The notes below the pieces were generated by a model, which was not told the origin of the DNA, ran no database searches, and saw only the letters and a list, made by a program, of their open reading frames with translations. Below, in pieces: positions 1 to 11,639 of a stretch of 64,000 nucleotides of DNA. Position 1 is the first letter of the stretch. Each line of letters starts with the position of its first letter. The stretch is from NCBI RefSeq assembly GCF_023055435.1, contig NW_025964112.1:23498001-23562000 (forward strand), given 5' to 3'. The DNA is from Haliotis rufescens (lineage: Eukaryota). The position numbers and the translations under genes are program-made.

Positions 1-60
1 TTAATTTCATAAGCACATGTAATGTGTGAATTGAAATTATAATTTCATTAATAAAACGAA

Positions 61-173
61 GTAGATGTGATAGCGGTGTCTTCATCTTCTCATGCTAAAA
101 AATAGGCCAAGTTCAAAGGTTACGATCTCGTGAAACGAGAGCGAGACCTAATTACCCATAAGCCCTTCTTCAT
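61..173. repeat. DIRS 3' (right) inverted terminal repeat
   Basis: Reverse complement of 4924-5035 with about 2 substitutions and a 1-nt homopolymer difference. Confidence 0.93.
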
Positions 174-441
174 TACGCCGAAGTGCTAAAAGAACAACTA
201 AGAAAAGAGCTTCAATCAAACATTTATTTGGGATGTCCAAAATTAAGGTGACAAGTAACCCGAATGCGAACGCGAACTACAAAAACAGTCTCATCTGAGA
301 CTGCAACCGGACGGATAATCTTGGTCCAAGCTGGACATCTGGAATGTGGGAGTTTCAGCCAGGTCTCCTCCTAATGGCGTCCTCTGTAAAGAGATACAAT
401 TCAGTCAAAATACAAGCTAGGGAGGGAAATTCAAGGGTGGG

Positions 442-555
442 GCTATCACATCTACTTCGTTTTATTAATGAAATTATAATTTCAATTCACACATTACATG
501 TGCTTATGAAATTAACAATTTCACCACATAAAACTCCGTAGATGTGATAGCGGTG
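442..555. repeat. DIRS internal complementary region (ICR)
   Basis: 442-515 is the exact reverse complement of 1-74. 517-555 is the reverse complement of 5018-5056 (2 mismatches). Confidence 0.93.
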
Positions 556-565
556 CTTTAAAGCT

Positions 566-3500
566 CTAGTTAAGTATTTTAAACTGGATTCCACATTCTT
601 TAGTCTCCCTCAAGTAAAACTGCTTGAAAGTAGATGCTCTAGACCAGTTTCCCAGTTCTAAAATTTCAGTGATCGAAGCACCTTTAGTGTAAGCTTTTGA
701 TGTAGAAGCCCCCCGGACAGAGTGTGCTCTATACACTGTAACATTGATCCCTGCATCCTTCATCACATTAGTTACCCATCTAGCAACTGTAGCTGTGATA
801 TACAGGTTTGTGGGGTTTCACATAACTGAGTAATAACTTATCTCTATCCCCATCCTTTCTCCACAGGAGTGTGCGGTCAAGGTAGTCTCTGATACACTGC
901 ACTACACAGAGCAAAGGATTCTTAGGATAGGCTTGTATGGTCAACTTATGAGGTTCTGACCCAGGCTTAGAGACCTTTGTGGGCTTTGTCAAAAGAAAGA
1001 CCACCTTGTCTCCCTTGTCAGATGTGAACTTTACGTTCATGGAAGTAAGTTCAGCTGCGCGACTTGCTGATGTAAGCATCAACAAAATAGCCAGTTTCTC
1101 TGTCAGATGCTTATCTGATAATTTACCATTTTCAGGCATATTACCAATATGGTCCAGGACCACGTCTACATTCCAAGTTTGGTGGTATCGAGGACATGGA
1201 GGTTTCTGATTGAAAATAGCTGTCATAAGTTTCTTGGTCAAAGGATGTTGACCAACTGGGTAGCCATGTATGTGGGGATGAAAAGCAGACAAAGCTGATC
1301 TGCTAGTGTTAACGGTTCTGTATTCAGATCCACTTTCATACATGTGGGTTAGATACTCTAGGATATGTTCCAAAGAGGCTGAAAAGGGATTGATTTGCCG
1401 TTCCACACACCAGCAAGACCACCTCTTCCAGGAGGAATTATAAGCTCCTTGCGTCCCTGGTCTCCACTGGTGTGACAAAAGCTCGGCAGTTTTTTGCGAA
1501 ATGCCTCCTGAAGTGACCAGATTCCTGAAACCCTCCAGGCCGCTAATAGCAGCGTCCCGTTTGCTACCAGAGGGTGTGTTTGACCTTGTGGTGATTCCAG
1601 CAAGTCGGCCCACACTGGTAGAAGTATTGGACACTCCACTGACATCTCCAACAGGACAGGGTACCACGCCTGGCCCTGCCACACTGGAGTTATCAAGGTC
1701 AGTTCTGCCCTCTCCCTCCTTACTTTCCACAGACATCTCCCGATCATGGAGAACGGGGGAAAGGCATAACCTCTCGCCCCCTTCCATTCCAACCGAAATG
1801 CATCTATGTAAGTTGCCTGGGGATCTGGTCTCCAACTGACATACTTCTCCAGTTGATGTGATAGGCGGGATGCAAAAAGATCTATCAAATGAGGGCCAAG
1901 TCTCTGATTGCACTGGTTGAACACCTTGCGATTCAAGAGCCATTCGCTCGAATCTGCAAAATGGCGACTCTCCCAGTCTGCAATGATGTTCTCCTTGCCC
2001 GGTAGATACTGTGCTTCCAGAGTTATCTTTCTCTGGAGACAGAAGTCCCATATTTCTTTGGCTATTGTGACTAGAACATGAGACTTTGTCCCCCCCTGAC
2101 GATTCACATAAGAGACTGCTGTGCGGTTGTCTACCTGGACCAGAAGGGACATGCCTGACTGACTTTGGCAGAAACACTGAAGAGCCAGTAGAACTGCTTT
2201 CAGTTCGAGAGCATTGATATGGAATTTGCTCTCCTCCAGACTCCACCGACCTCCAGTCCGGTCTTGATTGCAAACTGCCCCCCATCCCAGATTGGAAGCA
2301 TCTGTTTGTAATATCAGATCTGGGTGGATTGCTGAAATGGGTTTGCCGTTGAAGGTCGACAGATTGTCTACCCACCAGTGAATTTCTTGCACACACTTCC
2401 TGGAAAGTTTGATCCTGTGTTCGTAGCTCTGGTGTTCCAATAGTTCCCGTGATGATTGCATTTGTAGGAACCGGCAGTGTAACTGGGCTGGAACAATAGC
2501 TCTCATTGATGCTGAAAGCTTTCCCAACAAAGTGGCCAGTGTTCGAATCTTTACCACTGGTAGCTTCAGTATCCTGTGACATCTTTGAAGGATGTCTGTC
2601 ACTTTCTTCTGGGGAAGTGTTAGAGTGAGACACTGAGAATCTATCACGAAACCCAGGAAGTTGAGGTTCTGACACGGAACAAGAACTGATTTCTCTTTGT
2701 TGATAACGAAACCTAGGTTCTTCAAAAGATACAAGAGACTCTCTCGGCAACGAACTAGACTCTCTGGGCTGCGGGCAAAGAGAATCATATCGTCTAGGTA
2801 TATGATCAACCGAATACCTGCTCTGCGTGCAATGCTTACCACAGGTTTCAGCAATTTGGTGAACGTCCGTGGAGCTGGCGCTAGGCCAAATGGAAGGCAG
2901 AGAAACTGAAACAATCGCCCTTTCCATTGAAAGCGGAGGATTTTCCTCTGGTACCTGGCAATTGGGATGCTGAAGTATGCATCCTTCAGGTCCAGTTTGC
3001 ACATATAATCGTTTTCCTGAATGACATCCTTCAGGAGTGAAAGGCTTTCCATCTTGAAATGATTGTATGGAATGAAAGCATTCAGTTTTTTCACATTGAG
3101 TATTGGTCTCTGACCCCCGTCTTTTTTGGGAACTACGAACATGGGACTCAAAAACTGAGATTGAGAATCCTCCAGATTCACACCCGGAAGAATCTCTTCT
3201 ATCGCCCCTTTCATCATCATGTTCCCAATCTCCTTGTCCAGTACAACCTGGTTCACCTGAGAAAGAGTTAACGGTGGAGGTGGTTTTCTCTGGATAGGCT
3301 TTTGAATGAATTTGATTTGAAAGCCCTGAACGGTCTGAAGAATCCATGGGTCTAGAGTAATTTTTGCCCAATTGGTGTAGAAATGTGTTATTCTGCCCCC
3401 CAAAATATTTTCCGGGAAAGGAATGCTTTCTAATTTTAGATCTTCTATTTCTGGTAACATACTGTCTGGATGTTCTGGATTTTGAGCATTCAGATTCAAG

Positions 3501-3713
3501 GGACTTGAACTTATGCTGCGCTTCACGGCATCGGTATTTGTTGAAAGAGAGTGATACAAACCTATATGGTCTTGAGGATCTTCCTCTTTTGCCACCACGG
3601 TCTTTCCCTCCTCTCCTGGGATTGAAGGATGCCTGAACTCTGAATCCGCCCCCAGACGAACTGGGCTTACCTGAGGGCTCTCCATGAAAGGGCTGCTGCG
3701 AGAAAGGCTGGTT
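566..3713 (-). pseudogene. DIRS tyrosine recombinase ORF, broken by a frameshift near 798-802
   Basis: Frame open from 3713 to 780, overlapping pol. The YR domain runs from about 1520 (W..GT..Y...WKRW, SASRAAEL). The catalytic C-terminus (AHSVRG, GNW, F.QFY) continues in another frame: TATVARWVTNVMKDAGI, 566-797. Confidence 0.88.
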
Positions 3714-4855
3714 TTAAAGAAATTAATCTTTTTCTTAGGAGCCGAATGCCGCCCACCAAGAATATCCCTGGCCTTTTGCTTACGCTTTACCTCAGCGAGT
3801 AGCGTGTTGTAAAAGGGGTCTCCGAAGAGCTTCCCTTTAGCATCAGCAAAGGTACCCTCATACTTGTAAAGCAACTTTTTGGCTTTCTTTGGATCCTTAA
3901 CCAGTTTGGATAAAATTGAAAGCCGCCTGTGGAAATTGATCGACAAGTTAGCTTGTCCCACAAGGCAGACTGACTTTTCTACAATGTCAAGAAGTTCATA
4001 AATGTCTAAATCAGGTGAAGCCTCCCTGCGTCTGATTTTGTCAAGATTACCCCATAAATGGGACAAAGGACCCATGACATTTAACATTCTCTTTTGAATA
4101 AACTGCAAAGAGAAATCTGTTTTTTTCTCAAATGACCTGTCCCGCGCTTTAAAAAGATCATCTAAATACCCATCCAGTTGGGGAGCAGTCAAACAATGCT
4201 CATCAGGTATGGGGTGATCATCAAGAATGTTCTCATTCAACACATTATCTTTTTTGAAGGTAGAGAACTGAGTATTGAGATGATTAGACAGATGGCTTGG
4301 CAAGGACCAAGAATCTGATTCTGCCTGTGTGATCGAAAAGGGGACATATTCATCTACTGGTTCAGCTGAACCGGCCACAGTTACAGGACCATTTTCAGAG
4401 CGGGGTTTATCAAGTTTATTGATACAAACGTTTGAAAATCGACCTCTCTTTTGTGAGGGTTCGATATAGTCGTCCGCACCCGGCCCCGAAAACGTGCCAG
4501 GCGGATGATAACTATCAACCACATCGCACTCGTCACTATCAGTCGAACTGTCACTCGAACTTGACTCGCTCGAGTTAGACCAGTCTGAGATATCATGTTC
4601 AATCCTGTGGTTAATTCTCCTTTTTCTAGGAATCCTATAACCTTTAGGTAACTGATCTAGTTTGCCTGCGCTACTGACGCCCTGCGACGTACTCCGGTTA
4701 GTAGATATAACCTTCGGACCCACGTGGTCGTCATCATGGCTCGTACTGGCCAGATTTAAGGACACTTGACTGACTGCTCCACTTTCGGGAGGTTTGTCAT
4801 GATCCCCTGAACCTTTGGAAGGTTGTTTGGGGATATTAGATTGAGTACTACTCAT
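1358..4855 (-). CDS. DIRS1 Gag-like region fused in frame to RT / RNase H / methyltransferase-like Pol
   Basis: Open frame from the ATG at 4855 (MSSTQ). Motifs: FVVPKKDGGQRPILN, LDLKDAYF, LPFGLAPAP, IYLDD, TDAS, NIIADWESR, IDLFAS, YAFPPF, LAAWRVSG. Confidence 0.9.
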   Translation of the reverse strand: MSSTQSNIPKQPSKGSGDHDKPPESGAVSQVSLNLASTSHDDDHVGPKVISTNRSTSQGVSSAGKLDQLPKGYRIPRKRRINHRIEHDISDWSNSSESSSSDSSTDSDECDVVDSYHPPGTFSGPGADDYIEPSQKRGRFSNVCINKLDKPRSENGPVTVAGSAEPVDEYVPFSITQAESDSWSLPSHLSNHLNTQFSTFKKDNVLNENILDDHPIPDEHCLTAPQLDGYLDDLFKARDRSFEKKTDFSLQFIQKRMLNVMGPLSHLWGNLDKIRRREASPDLDIYELLDIVEKSVCLVGQANLSINFHRRLSILSKLVKDPKKAKKLLYKYEGTFADAKGKLFGDPFYNTLLAEVKRKQKARDILGGRHSAPKKKINFFKTSLSRSSPFMESPQVSPVRLGADSEFRHPSIPGEEGKTVVAKEEDPQDHIGLYHSLSTNTDAVKRSISSSPLNLNAQNPEHPDSMLPEIEDLKLESIPFPENILGGRITHFYTNWAKITLDPWILQTVQGFQIKFIQKPIQRKPPPPLTLSQVNQVVLDKEIGNMMMKGAIEEILPGVNLEDSQSQFLSPMFVVPKKDGGQRPILNVKKLNAFIPYNHFKMESLSLLKDVIQENDYMCKLDLKDAYFSIPIARYQRKILRFQWKGRLFQFLCLPFGLAPAPRTFTKLLKPVVSIARRAGIRLIIYLDDMILFARSPESLVRCRESLLYLLKNLGFVINKEKSVLVPCQNLNFLGFVIDSQCLTLTLPQKKVTDILQRCHRILKLPVVKIRTLATLLGKLSASMRAIVPAQLHCRFLQMQSSRELLEHQSYEHRIKLSRKCVQEIHWWVDNLSTFNGKPISAIHPDLILQTDASNLGWGAVCNQDRTGGRWSLEESKFHINALELKAVLLALQCFCQSQSGMSLLVQVDNRTAVSYVNRQGGTKSHVLVTIAKEIWDFCLQRKITLEAQYLPGKENIIADWESRHFADSSEWLLNRKVFNQCNQRLGPHLIDLFASRLSHQLEKYVSWRPDPQATYIDAFRLEWKGARGYAFPPFSMIGRCLWKVRRERAELTLITPVWQGQAWYPVLLEMSVECPILLPVWADLLESPQGQTHPLVANGTLLLAAWRVSGIWSLQEAFRKKLPSFCHTSGDQGRKELIIPPGRGGLAGVWNGKSIPFQPLWNIS

Positions 4856-4923
4856 ATTACTTTGTATATTCACCAAAAAAAATCTCCAGCGATATTCGTA
4901 CGTGTTATTAGCATGAGGCCATG

Positions 4924-5035
4924 ATGAAGAAGGGCTTATGGGTAATTAGGTCTCGCTCTCGTTTCACGAGATCGTAACCTTTGAACTTGGCCTATTTTTA
5001 GCATGAGAAGATGAAGACACCGCAATGACATCTAC
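4924..5035. repeat. DIRS 5' (left) inverted terminal repeat
   Basis: Reverse complement of 61-173. Confidence 0.93.
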
Positions 5036-5110
5036 GGAGTTTTATGTGGTGAAATTATGAATTTCCTTTTCTTTCACAGAATTTTCACACACAAAAACTG
5101 AGTTTGATCA

Positions 5111-5603
5111 TTAGATCCACACTTGTCCCATGTATTTTATGTTCGGGGTATTTGGATACACTTCGCGCACAAGTTTTAAAATATAATCTGGGATCCCTTT
5201 CCCGTTTTGTCCACACCGATCCTTCATCTGCTGCAACGTTTATTTCCGTTTCTTCAAGTCCAAGTATCTACGATCTCTCCAAACATTTCGTTTATTTAGC
5301 TCAGTCCAGAAGCAATGTGTTCGAATCGACGAATTTCTGCAACATGGTGGCCGCACCATTCCCTAACTGCGATTGCCTGTGCCGTGTCACGCATGGTTGA
5401 CAAAAGAAATGTGAACGTACATATTCGGCTTCATCTGGTTCCACAATGAAATCTAGCTGTGACACTGATTCACTAATCCCAAGAATCGGCACTGAATTTA
5501 TCAAAGTTTCTGTTGCACTTGCAAGGGCGGGAAGAGAGGCGCCATCTTGTCGATTCGAGTTGTGAATCGGAATGATGTCATCTTGAATTGGAACTTTCTC
5601 CAC
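5111..5603 (-). pseudogene. Decayed Cys-rich ORF resembling P2X7 C-terminal-like (transposon accessory) proteins
   Basis: Pieces in different frames join into FCQPCVT..LGNG..NSSIR..FWTELNKRNVWRD.RYL..K..VWTKRE.IPD.ILKLVREVYPNTPNIKYMGQVW*. The family call is from recalled motif similarity only. Confidence 0.45.
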
Positions 5604-7587
5604 GATAAAGTCACCAATGTCATAATCGAAATTACCTAAGGCTCCCTGATTATCTCGAACAATTCTTCGTCAAATTAGGCTTCACATGAAAATGTTTTGT
5701 TGCTCATAATGAAGACAAGCGAAATTGCAAAGTTCTTGACAGTTGTAAGCAGCAACTCGATGCGCTCATGGGGCGTGGTTGCTAGGAGATCGCGTGGTCG
5801 GAAAGGCGAAAATAAAAAGTTTTAGAAAGTAATAAAAGAAATGCCCAGTGCAATCCAAAAGTACCATGTACAGGATATTTAAAAAAAAAAAATATTCACG
5901 AAAACAAATCTTTTCTAAAAATGCAAAATAATTTATTAATTTATCCCAAGGTCGTAACCCTGATCACGTGGTGGGTATTTGGAAGGAATCTTTGCGATGA
6001 CGCCGTTAATGAGTGTGTATTACATTGTTGAAATCAGCTGCCCAGGAATGTTTAGGCATTGACATTATGACAGATGTTCGTCATGGATGGAGAGAAAAAT
6101 GTATCTGAGAGAAACATTGTTGCTTTGAGCTTCGAGACAAAACATGTGTTAATGCCGAAGTAGCCAGCGACCTGAATGTAAGCTTGATGAAAGTAATGTT
6201 GAAACCCATTTTCACGCACATGACAGAATTATTGTGAACAAATATTTATCTGAACATCGTTTCGAAGTCTGTGAGGCTGTCCGTATTTGAATATTTTTAT
6301 CTCCATTCCGACGTGAAATAATGTAATGTCTTCGTGTCTCAATTTTGCTGCCGCTGTGGAAAATTGCGCACCGATCTAATAAAAGAAATACTACTAGATC
6401 TACAATTGCACCGTCATAAAAGAACCAGGTCAACTTTATCTTTGTTCCGTTGTTTATTAAAAATTCGTTTCCGAAGCAAAGCGAATCGATCTACATCATA
6501 AATTAATTCATAGACTAGATTCTAGTACCAAGTGTTGAACCTTTTTTTAAAATGTCATCAAATAACTTACACAATTATTGAAAGACATGTTTTGATAAGT
6601 CATATATTTTATTTCGTCCGCCCGGTCTCTGATTAGTTGAGGCTTGAGGGGAGAAACACATACAAAAAATATGGATGGCCTTATGCAAATGACACTTGGC
6701 ATGCCAATCAACAGGGATCTGGGTCACTGGGACCCGCCAAGTTTCACGGATCGAGTTACTTCGGCATGAGGAGCTTCATCGGACAAGTGAGACTTTGCCA
6801 AAATACATTGCTGCTGGGCAATGGAAAAAACGACAAGAAACTACTTTGATCACTTGAAAATATTTTTGACCATTACCAGGGTTTTTTACACGATCGTTGT
6901 CATCCAGATTCCAGATGAGGCAAGACGAACACAACGAAGAAAAACATTGTTGAAATCACTGATTACTGTATATATTGTGAGAAATGCTATTTATAAACTG
7001 CAGATATACCGCACACCACAGGATAGCGATTGGTGCCCCAACACATATTATGTTTCTTCATTTACACTGCTCATATGCATCACGACAAATGTATTTCGTT
7101 CTAGTCCAAAGATCTAGAACTAATTTGTGTGTTGGATAAATCGTGGACATTCCACGGTATCATTTTATGAAGATGTGAAGACTACATGGCAGGTAGGTTT
7201 TGAAACCAAAGACGTACGCGTTTGTTGAAAAGTCTTGGTATCGTTTGGTAGATATTTATATTACCATTAAAACTTACGTCCTTGTTGTCAAACGACCCAC
7301 GTGGGTGGGTGTTTACATGACGTCACCCGTTTACGCATTAGCCAATGAAATGTATGTGTTATCATGACGTCATATTGACCTGTCAAATCACTTGTATAAG
7401 CTCCGCCCACTAGAGTGCAGTAGTTACTACCGCAGATGGGGCTTTAACTATCTCTTCATTTGATCTCCGCACAGTAATTGGAACATGTCACATAGCAGCG
7501 GTAATGTGACCTTCTGTTCATATGGTGGGTTATTTCTCACGAGCTACCACCAGAATTACGTCTACATTACGACCCATAATGCTATCA

Positions 7588-7739
7588 CAGCCGGATCCAG
7601 GGGTCGGGATACTAAACGGTGCGCCTCGCCCTTCCGCCGTATTGTCACACACATACGTGAACTGCGCTCTCGACCAAGTCACTTCGTGACATGTGTGTCA
7701 TGTACGCCCCGAATTTCACGATCCAGGATCCGCCTCTGG
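7588..7739. mobile_element. Degenerate short TIR element (GCGGATCC-type ends)
   Basis: Left end cagccggatccagg; right end ccaggatccgcctctg; imperfect inverted match. Confidence 0.3.
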
Positions 7740-8194
7740 CTGCGTCTACATTCCTGCTGCCACACGGAGCGTCTGCCCACATAATATGTTGTAAAACATG
7801 TTCATACTCTTTATACGAGTTGTTTATATTATGATATCTACACACTGAAGATGGATTCAAAATCTCCCGAAAGCAATTTGTGTGTAGTGGTCGTTTTAGT
7901 TGAAATCAAACTACCAAATGAGTAGGTTATACAGTCGTAATGTGTTCACACTTAGTAGGCCCGTTCTCGCATAAAACCTCGAGGTGTATAAGCTGTTACA
8001 ATGTTTAACAAAGTCCGTTCTCCTGGCTCGGGATACCAAATGTGTAATGGTAGCACTGCAATGAAACCCTTCTCTTATAAACTGGTCCCTTGTAAACCAA
8101 TGTAACCCTAGTACCTTTAAAGCGCAACAGATTGTGTCACCTTTTAATCCCATAAGTATTGCTTGACAACTTAATTGTACCCCAACTTCCTGGC

Positions 8195-8705
8195 CATATA
8201 AGTCTAGTTTCCACCCTTGCCGAACAAGGCTTGCATTTCGGACTTACATTTTGGCTGGACTAACGACTCTATGCATAGTTCAATCAAAATCGCGCAACGA
8301 ACTAGACATCCGGTTCGTAAACAACATAGATTTCAACGTGCAGATTTCTGTCGACTGAAGGATTTGCAAAGCATGTGTACCGCCAACTGGGCGTCGACAG
8401 ATATTTTGCAAATCTTTTCATGTTTTAATCAAGGTGCTCAAGTGATTTGATGCTGAGGTAAGGCCCGTTTAATTGCAATATAGATCGTGACTATCGATCA
8501 GATGATCTTAACTAAGCGCCGACATTTTGTTTGAAGCAATTGCAAGTTATGGAAGAGGTGGACTCTGATTGGTCAATGGGGGGGGGGGGGGGGGGAGGAG
8601 ACATAGAAGGGACATAACTCGTAATAGCCACTGGTGGCGCTACGATCGAGCTCAGAAATTCCAACGTTAAATTGTTAGTTAACTCCCTTGCCTCTGGAAG
8701 ATGAT
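8195..8705 (+). mobile_element. Degenerate copy of the MITE-like repeat at 13250-13710
   Basis: Colinear shared blocks: gtttccacccttgccgaac, tggctggactaacga, atcaaaatcgcgcaacgaa, catagaagggacataact, ctcccttgcctc. Confidence 0.75.
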
Positions 8706-8888
8706 TGTACCCTATCGGCATATACATTCAAGCATTTGCAGAAATTTATCACTCTGTTTTCTGCTTATGAAGCTCGAGGGTTTCCGTGAATCTTTATAAC
8801 AATTCAACATAATGGTATTTTAAAATTTATGTTATGTCATTAATATTAAACAGTTAATAGTGATGTAACATGTTAAAATGGTAGTGTA

Positions 8889-9140
8889 GACCCTCGAAGA
8901 TCCGGGTAAGAATAGATCTTCAGCAACCCATGCTTGTCGTGAGAGGCAACTAACGGGATCAGGTGGTCAGTCTCGCTGACTTGGTTGATGGATATCATCA
9001 TATCCCAAGCGCGTGGGCCGATGCTCATGATGTCAATCACTGGAATGTCTGGTCCAGATTCGATTATTTATAGACCGCCATCATATAGCTGGAATATTGG
9101 TGAGTGCGGCGTTAAACAACAAACTCAAGAACAAACAAAC
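8889..9140 (+). mobile_element. SINE-like family C copy with (AAAC)n tail
   Basis: 11-bp TSD atggtagtgta. Homologous to 24706, 32643 and 35231. Confidence 0.85.
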
Positions 9141-10992
9141 ATGGTAGTGTAAAAGCTGTCCTGGCATCGCTTAGTTATCGCTACATCGGAGCCGTCCCCT
9201 ACTGATTTACCACTGATGCTCGTTAAATATACTCAAATTCAGTTCTGGATAGGTCGGGTTTTGTAGGGCCTTTTACTTAAAACAAAAGACTTTGCCAAAG
9301 ACGTGTTTATAACCACATAGTGCAAGTATACCATACGTGATCCCTTGCTTTAAAACATTTCGAGTAAACATGTTAATTTTGAACTTGTCATCTTCCACGG
9401 GTCATGGGGTAACAGTGTCATCATCAATAGTGTTCGTGAAGTCGTCACGGAAGGCCATTACCATCAGATCACACTCAGTCATTTGAGAACAACCATGTTC
9501 CCGACTTTGTAATGTACACTATTCATTGAGCTTCTCTCATCGTACCTATGTACCTATTGTGGTGGGTTCGGGTAAAATCACACATACACAATGGCAGCTT
9601 GATAGTGTTACTTGAAAGTGGGTAAACAGGTGTATAAACGGCCCTTCATTCCTCTTGTTCAGCTATCCGAAGCATCGGGGTACTCGAATTCTTATAATGA
9701 AAGCCATCCATGGGGGTCCGGGTTAGAATTGGTCTTCAGCAATCCATGCGTGTTGTGAGAGGCACATCTGCACTTATTCGCAGCATACGTAATTAAAATT
9801 TAAGATGTCGTTTGTCTTTCAACAAAATCTTTTACGCCCAATAACAAAGGAATCTGTTTGGACAAATATTTAAATTATTCTCTGGCGCTGACGTTTCATA
9901 TTTTGATTATGAAACAGTGTTTGTCGATATCATTAAGTCAGTGCTGGGACGTCTGAACTGGGTTCACATTTACTGGAAATAGTCTTGCAAACAAACACAC
10001 ATCTGGAAATATGTGGCAAACATTCAGCCATTACTTTTTTTGTTGACCTTTTATTAAGAGAATACCATGTACAACATGATGTCTAAACATATAACCTCAA
10101 TACTCGGTACGCCCCAATACCCAAGCAATCGCGATACATATTGCACATTGTCAACTCTGCCTTGCTGGACAAAGATGAACACTGACACATTGTTCTCGTC
10201 AGCTGCATCCCGGATACTATAGTGTTATTGTGGAAGCAATAGATGCATCATTCTTTCATTTTAGTTCAAGCCAGTACAAGGCAATCATTGTTGTGACATT
10301 TGTCCATGCTTGGAGGAGTACACAAAACTGTAGACAAGCGTGTAATCAGGCGTCTCGTCTCGTCAGGACAGTATCTCTACTGTGTCGATCGGATCCTCGT
10401 TTCAACCCCCAAAACGTGTATGTATGAATGACATGTGTGTCTCCAACTCAAGATGGCCCTTACATTACATTACTGAAGGCATACAATAGTCAGGCAACCA
10501 CGATACTGTCTCGTTTCAACAATCTTCTAAAGTCCTTTCTTGATCGTTCAAATCGTCTTCTTCTCTCATGCGATACTGTTCCCCGGGATTATGACCGGGG
10601 ATGAAGGGGGGAGTGTTAGCCATGCATGCAGTTAAAGAGTTGGCTCTCGCGCTGAAGACCCGGGTCTGATCACCAACATGGGTACAACGAATGAAAACTA
10701 TTCTGGGTGCCCCGATAAAGCTGGAATTTTGCTCAAACTCTTTCATTCATTTGGCAAATGCGTGCCTACCACTTTCATTCAGTCAGTACAACCAAATGGT
10801 TTGAAATGTTTAGAAACTTGGTCATTCACATCATTCAAATGAGGGAATGGTCATTTGAGGGAGAGTTGGCTGTCTCTTCTACCAGTAGTCAGTTGCTGTG
10901 ATCGTCTTCTATGACTAGTGTCCGCTGCTGGACTCTCTAGTCCATCTCTTGTTGTCAGGTAGAAAACACCCCGTCCAGGCTACGTCTGTCGG

Positions 10993-11252
10993 TCACACCA
11001 CAGGCCGGAGAGTGTTCCTGGTAGCAGCTCGTGCCGGCTTTGGCGACGTTGTGTGGCTGGTAGAACCAAGGACCACGGTGTACGGAATGCGCCAGGGGTC
11101 GTTATTGTACTTCAGTGGCACTACCAAATCTCCTGTATTCCGAGAAACACCAGCAGACTTCAAGAAGCGATGGTACGCATCATCAAGTTTGTAGAACTTT
11201 GAACTTTTTTCTTCCTTTTCGAGCCAAACGGAATCTTTCTTGAAGTCATATC
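10993..11252 (-). CDS. Ankyrin-repeat protein, last coding exon (4 of 4)
   Basis: Acceptor gccgacag|GA, phase 1 matching exon 3. Ends at TGA 10993. The spliced CDS totals 882 nt (293 aa). Confidence 0.75.
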
Positions 11253-11639
11253 CTGTCGGCAATCAACATAAATGTTGAGATGGCTTTCAATTGTTTATGT
11301 TACATTCTTAAGCATCTTTGAATATTATGTAAGTGATATAATATAGAATATGTCAATATCAAAACACTTTGGAGGCCGCTTATTGATCATTTAAAGAATG
11401 TGAGCACTAATTATTTAACCATCGTTTGAACTTAGTATAGCAACTGGAGAAGAAGTCATATCATTTGGATATATATATTGTTAGATCACAGCTACACTGT
11501 CAATAATATACATGTATGTAACTAATTGATAGTGGTAATGTTGATGCTAATAGTGATAGCTTTGGTGTTTGGTGCACTGTTGATGCTTACAGTGTAACCA
11601 CCGAGCCATCAATCACTCTTTACGTATAATAATGCTCAC

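Larger units (their letters stand above)
1..5056 (-). mobile_element. DIRS1-like tyrosine-recombinase retrotransposon, structurally complete (ITRs + internal complementary region)
   Basis: Gag, RT (YLDD), RNase H (TDAS, HINALE, VDN), MT-like (DLFAS, AFPPF) and YR domains in overlapping frames. Inverted terminal repeats at 61-173 and 4924-5035. ICR 442-555 is complementary to both termini. Confidence 0.96.

Noticed and set aside
344-541. 65-aa ORF
   Set aside because: Antisense and overlapping the DIRS ICR; no protein features.
1525-3670. Splice CAG|GTAAG (3671) to TTTCAG|G (~1525) as a route to express YR
   Set aside because: The phases do not place the YR domain in frame from either upstream frame.
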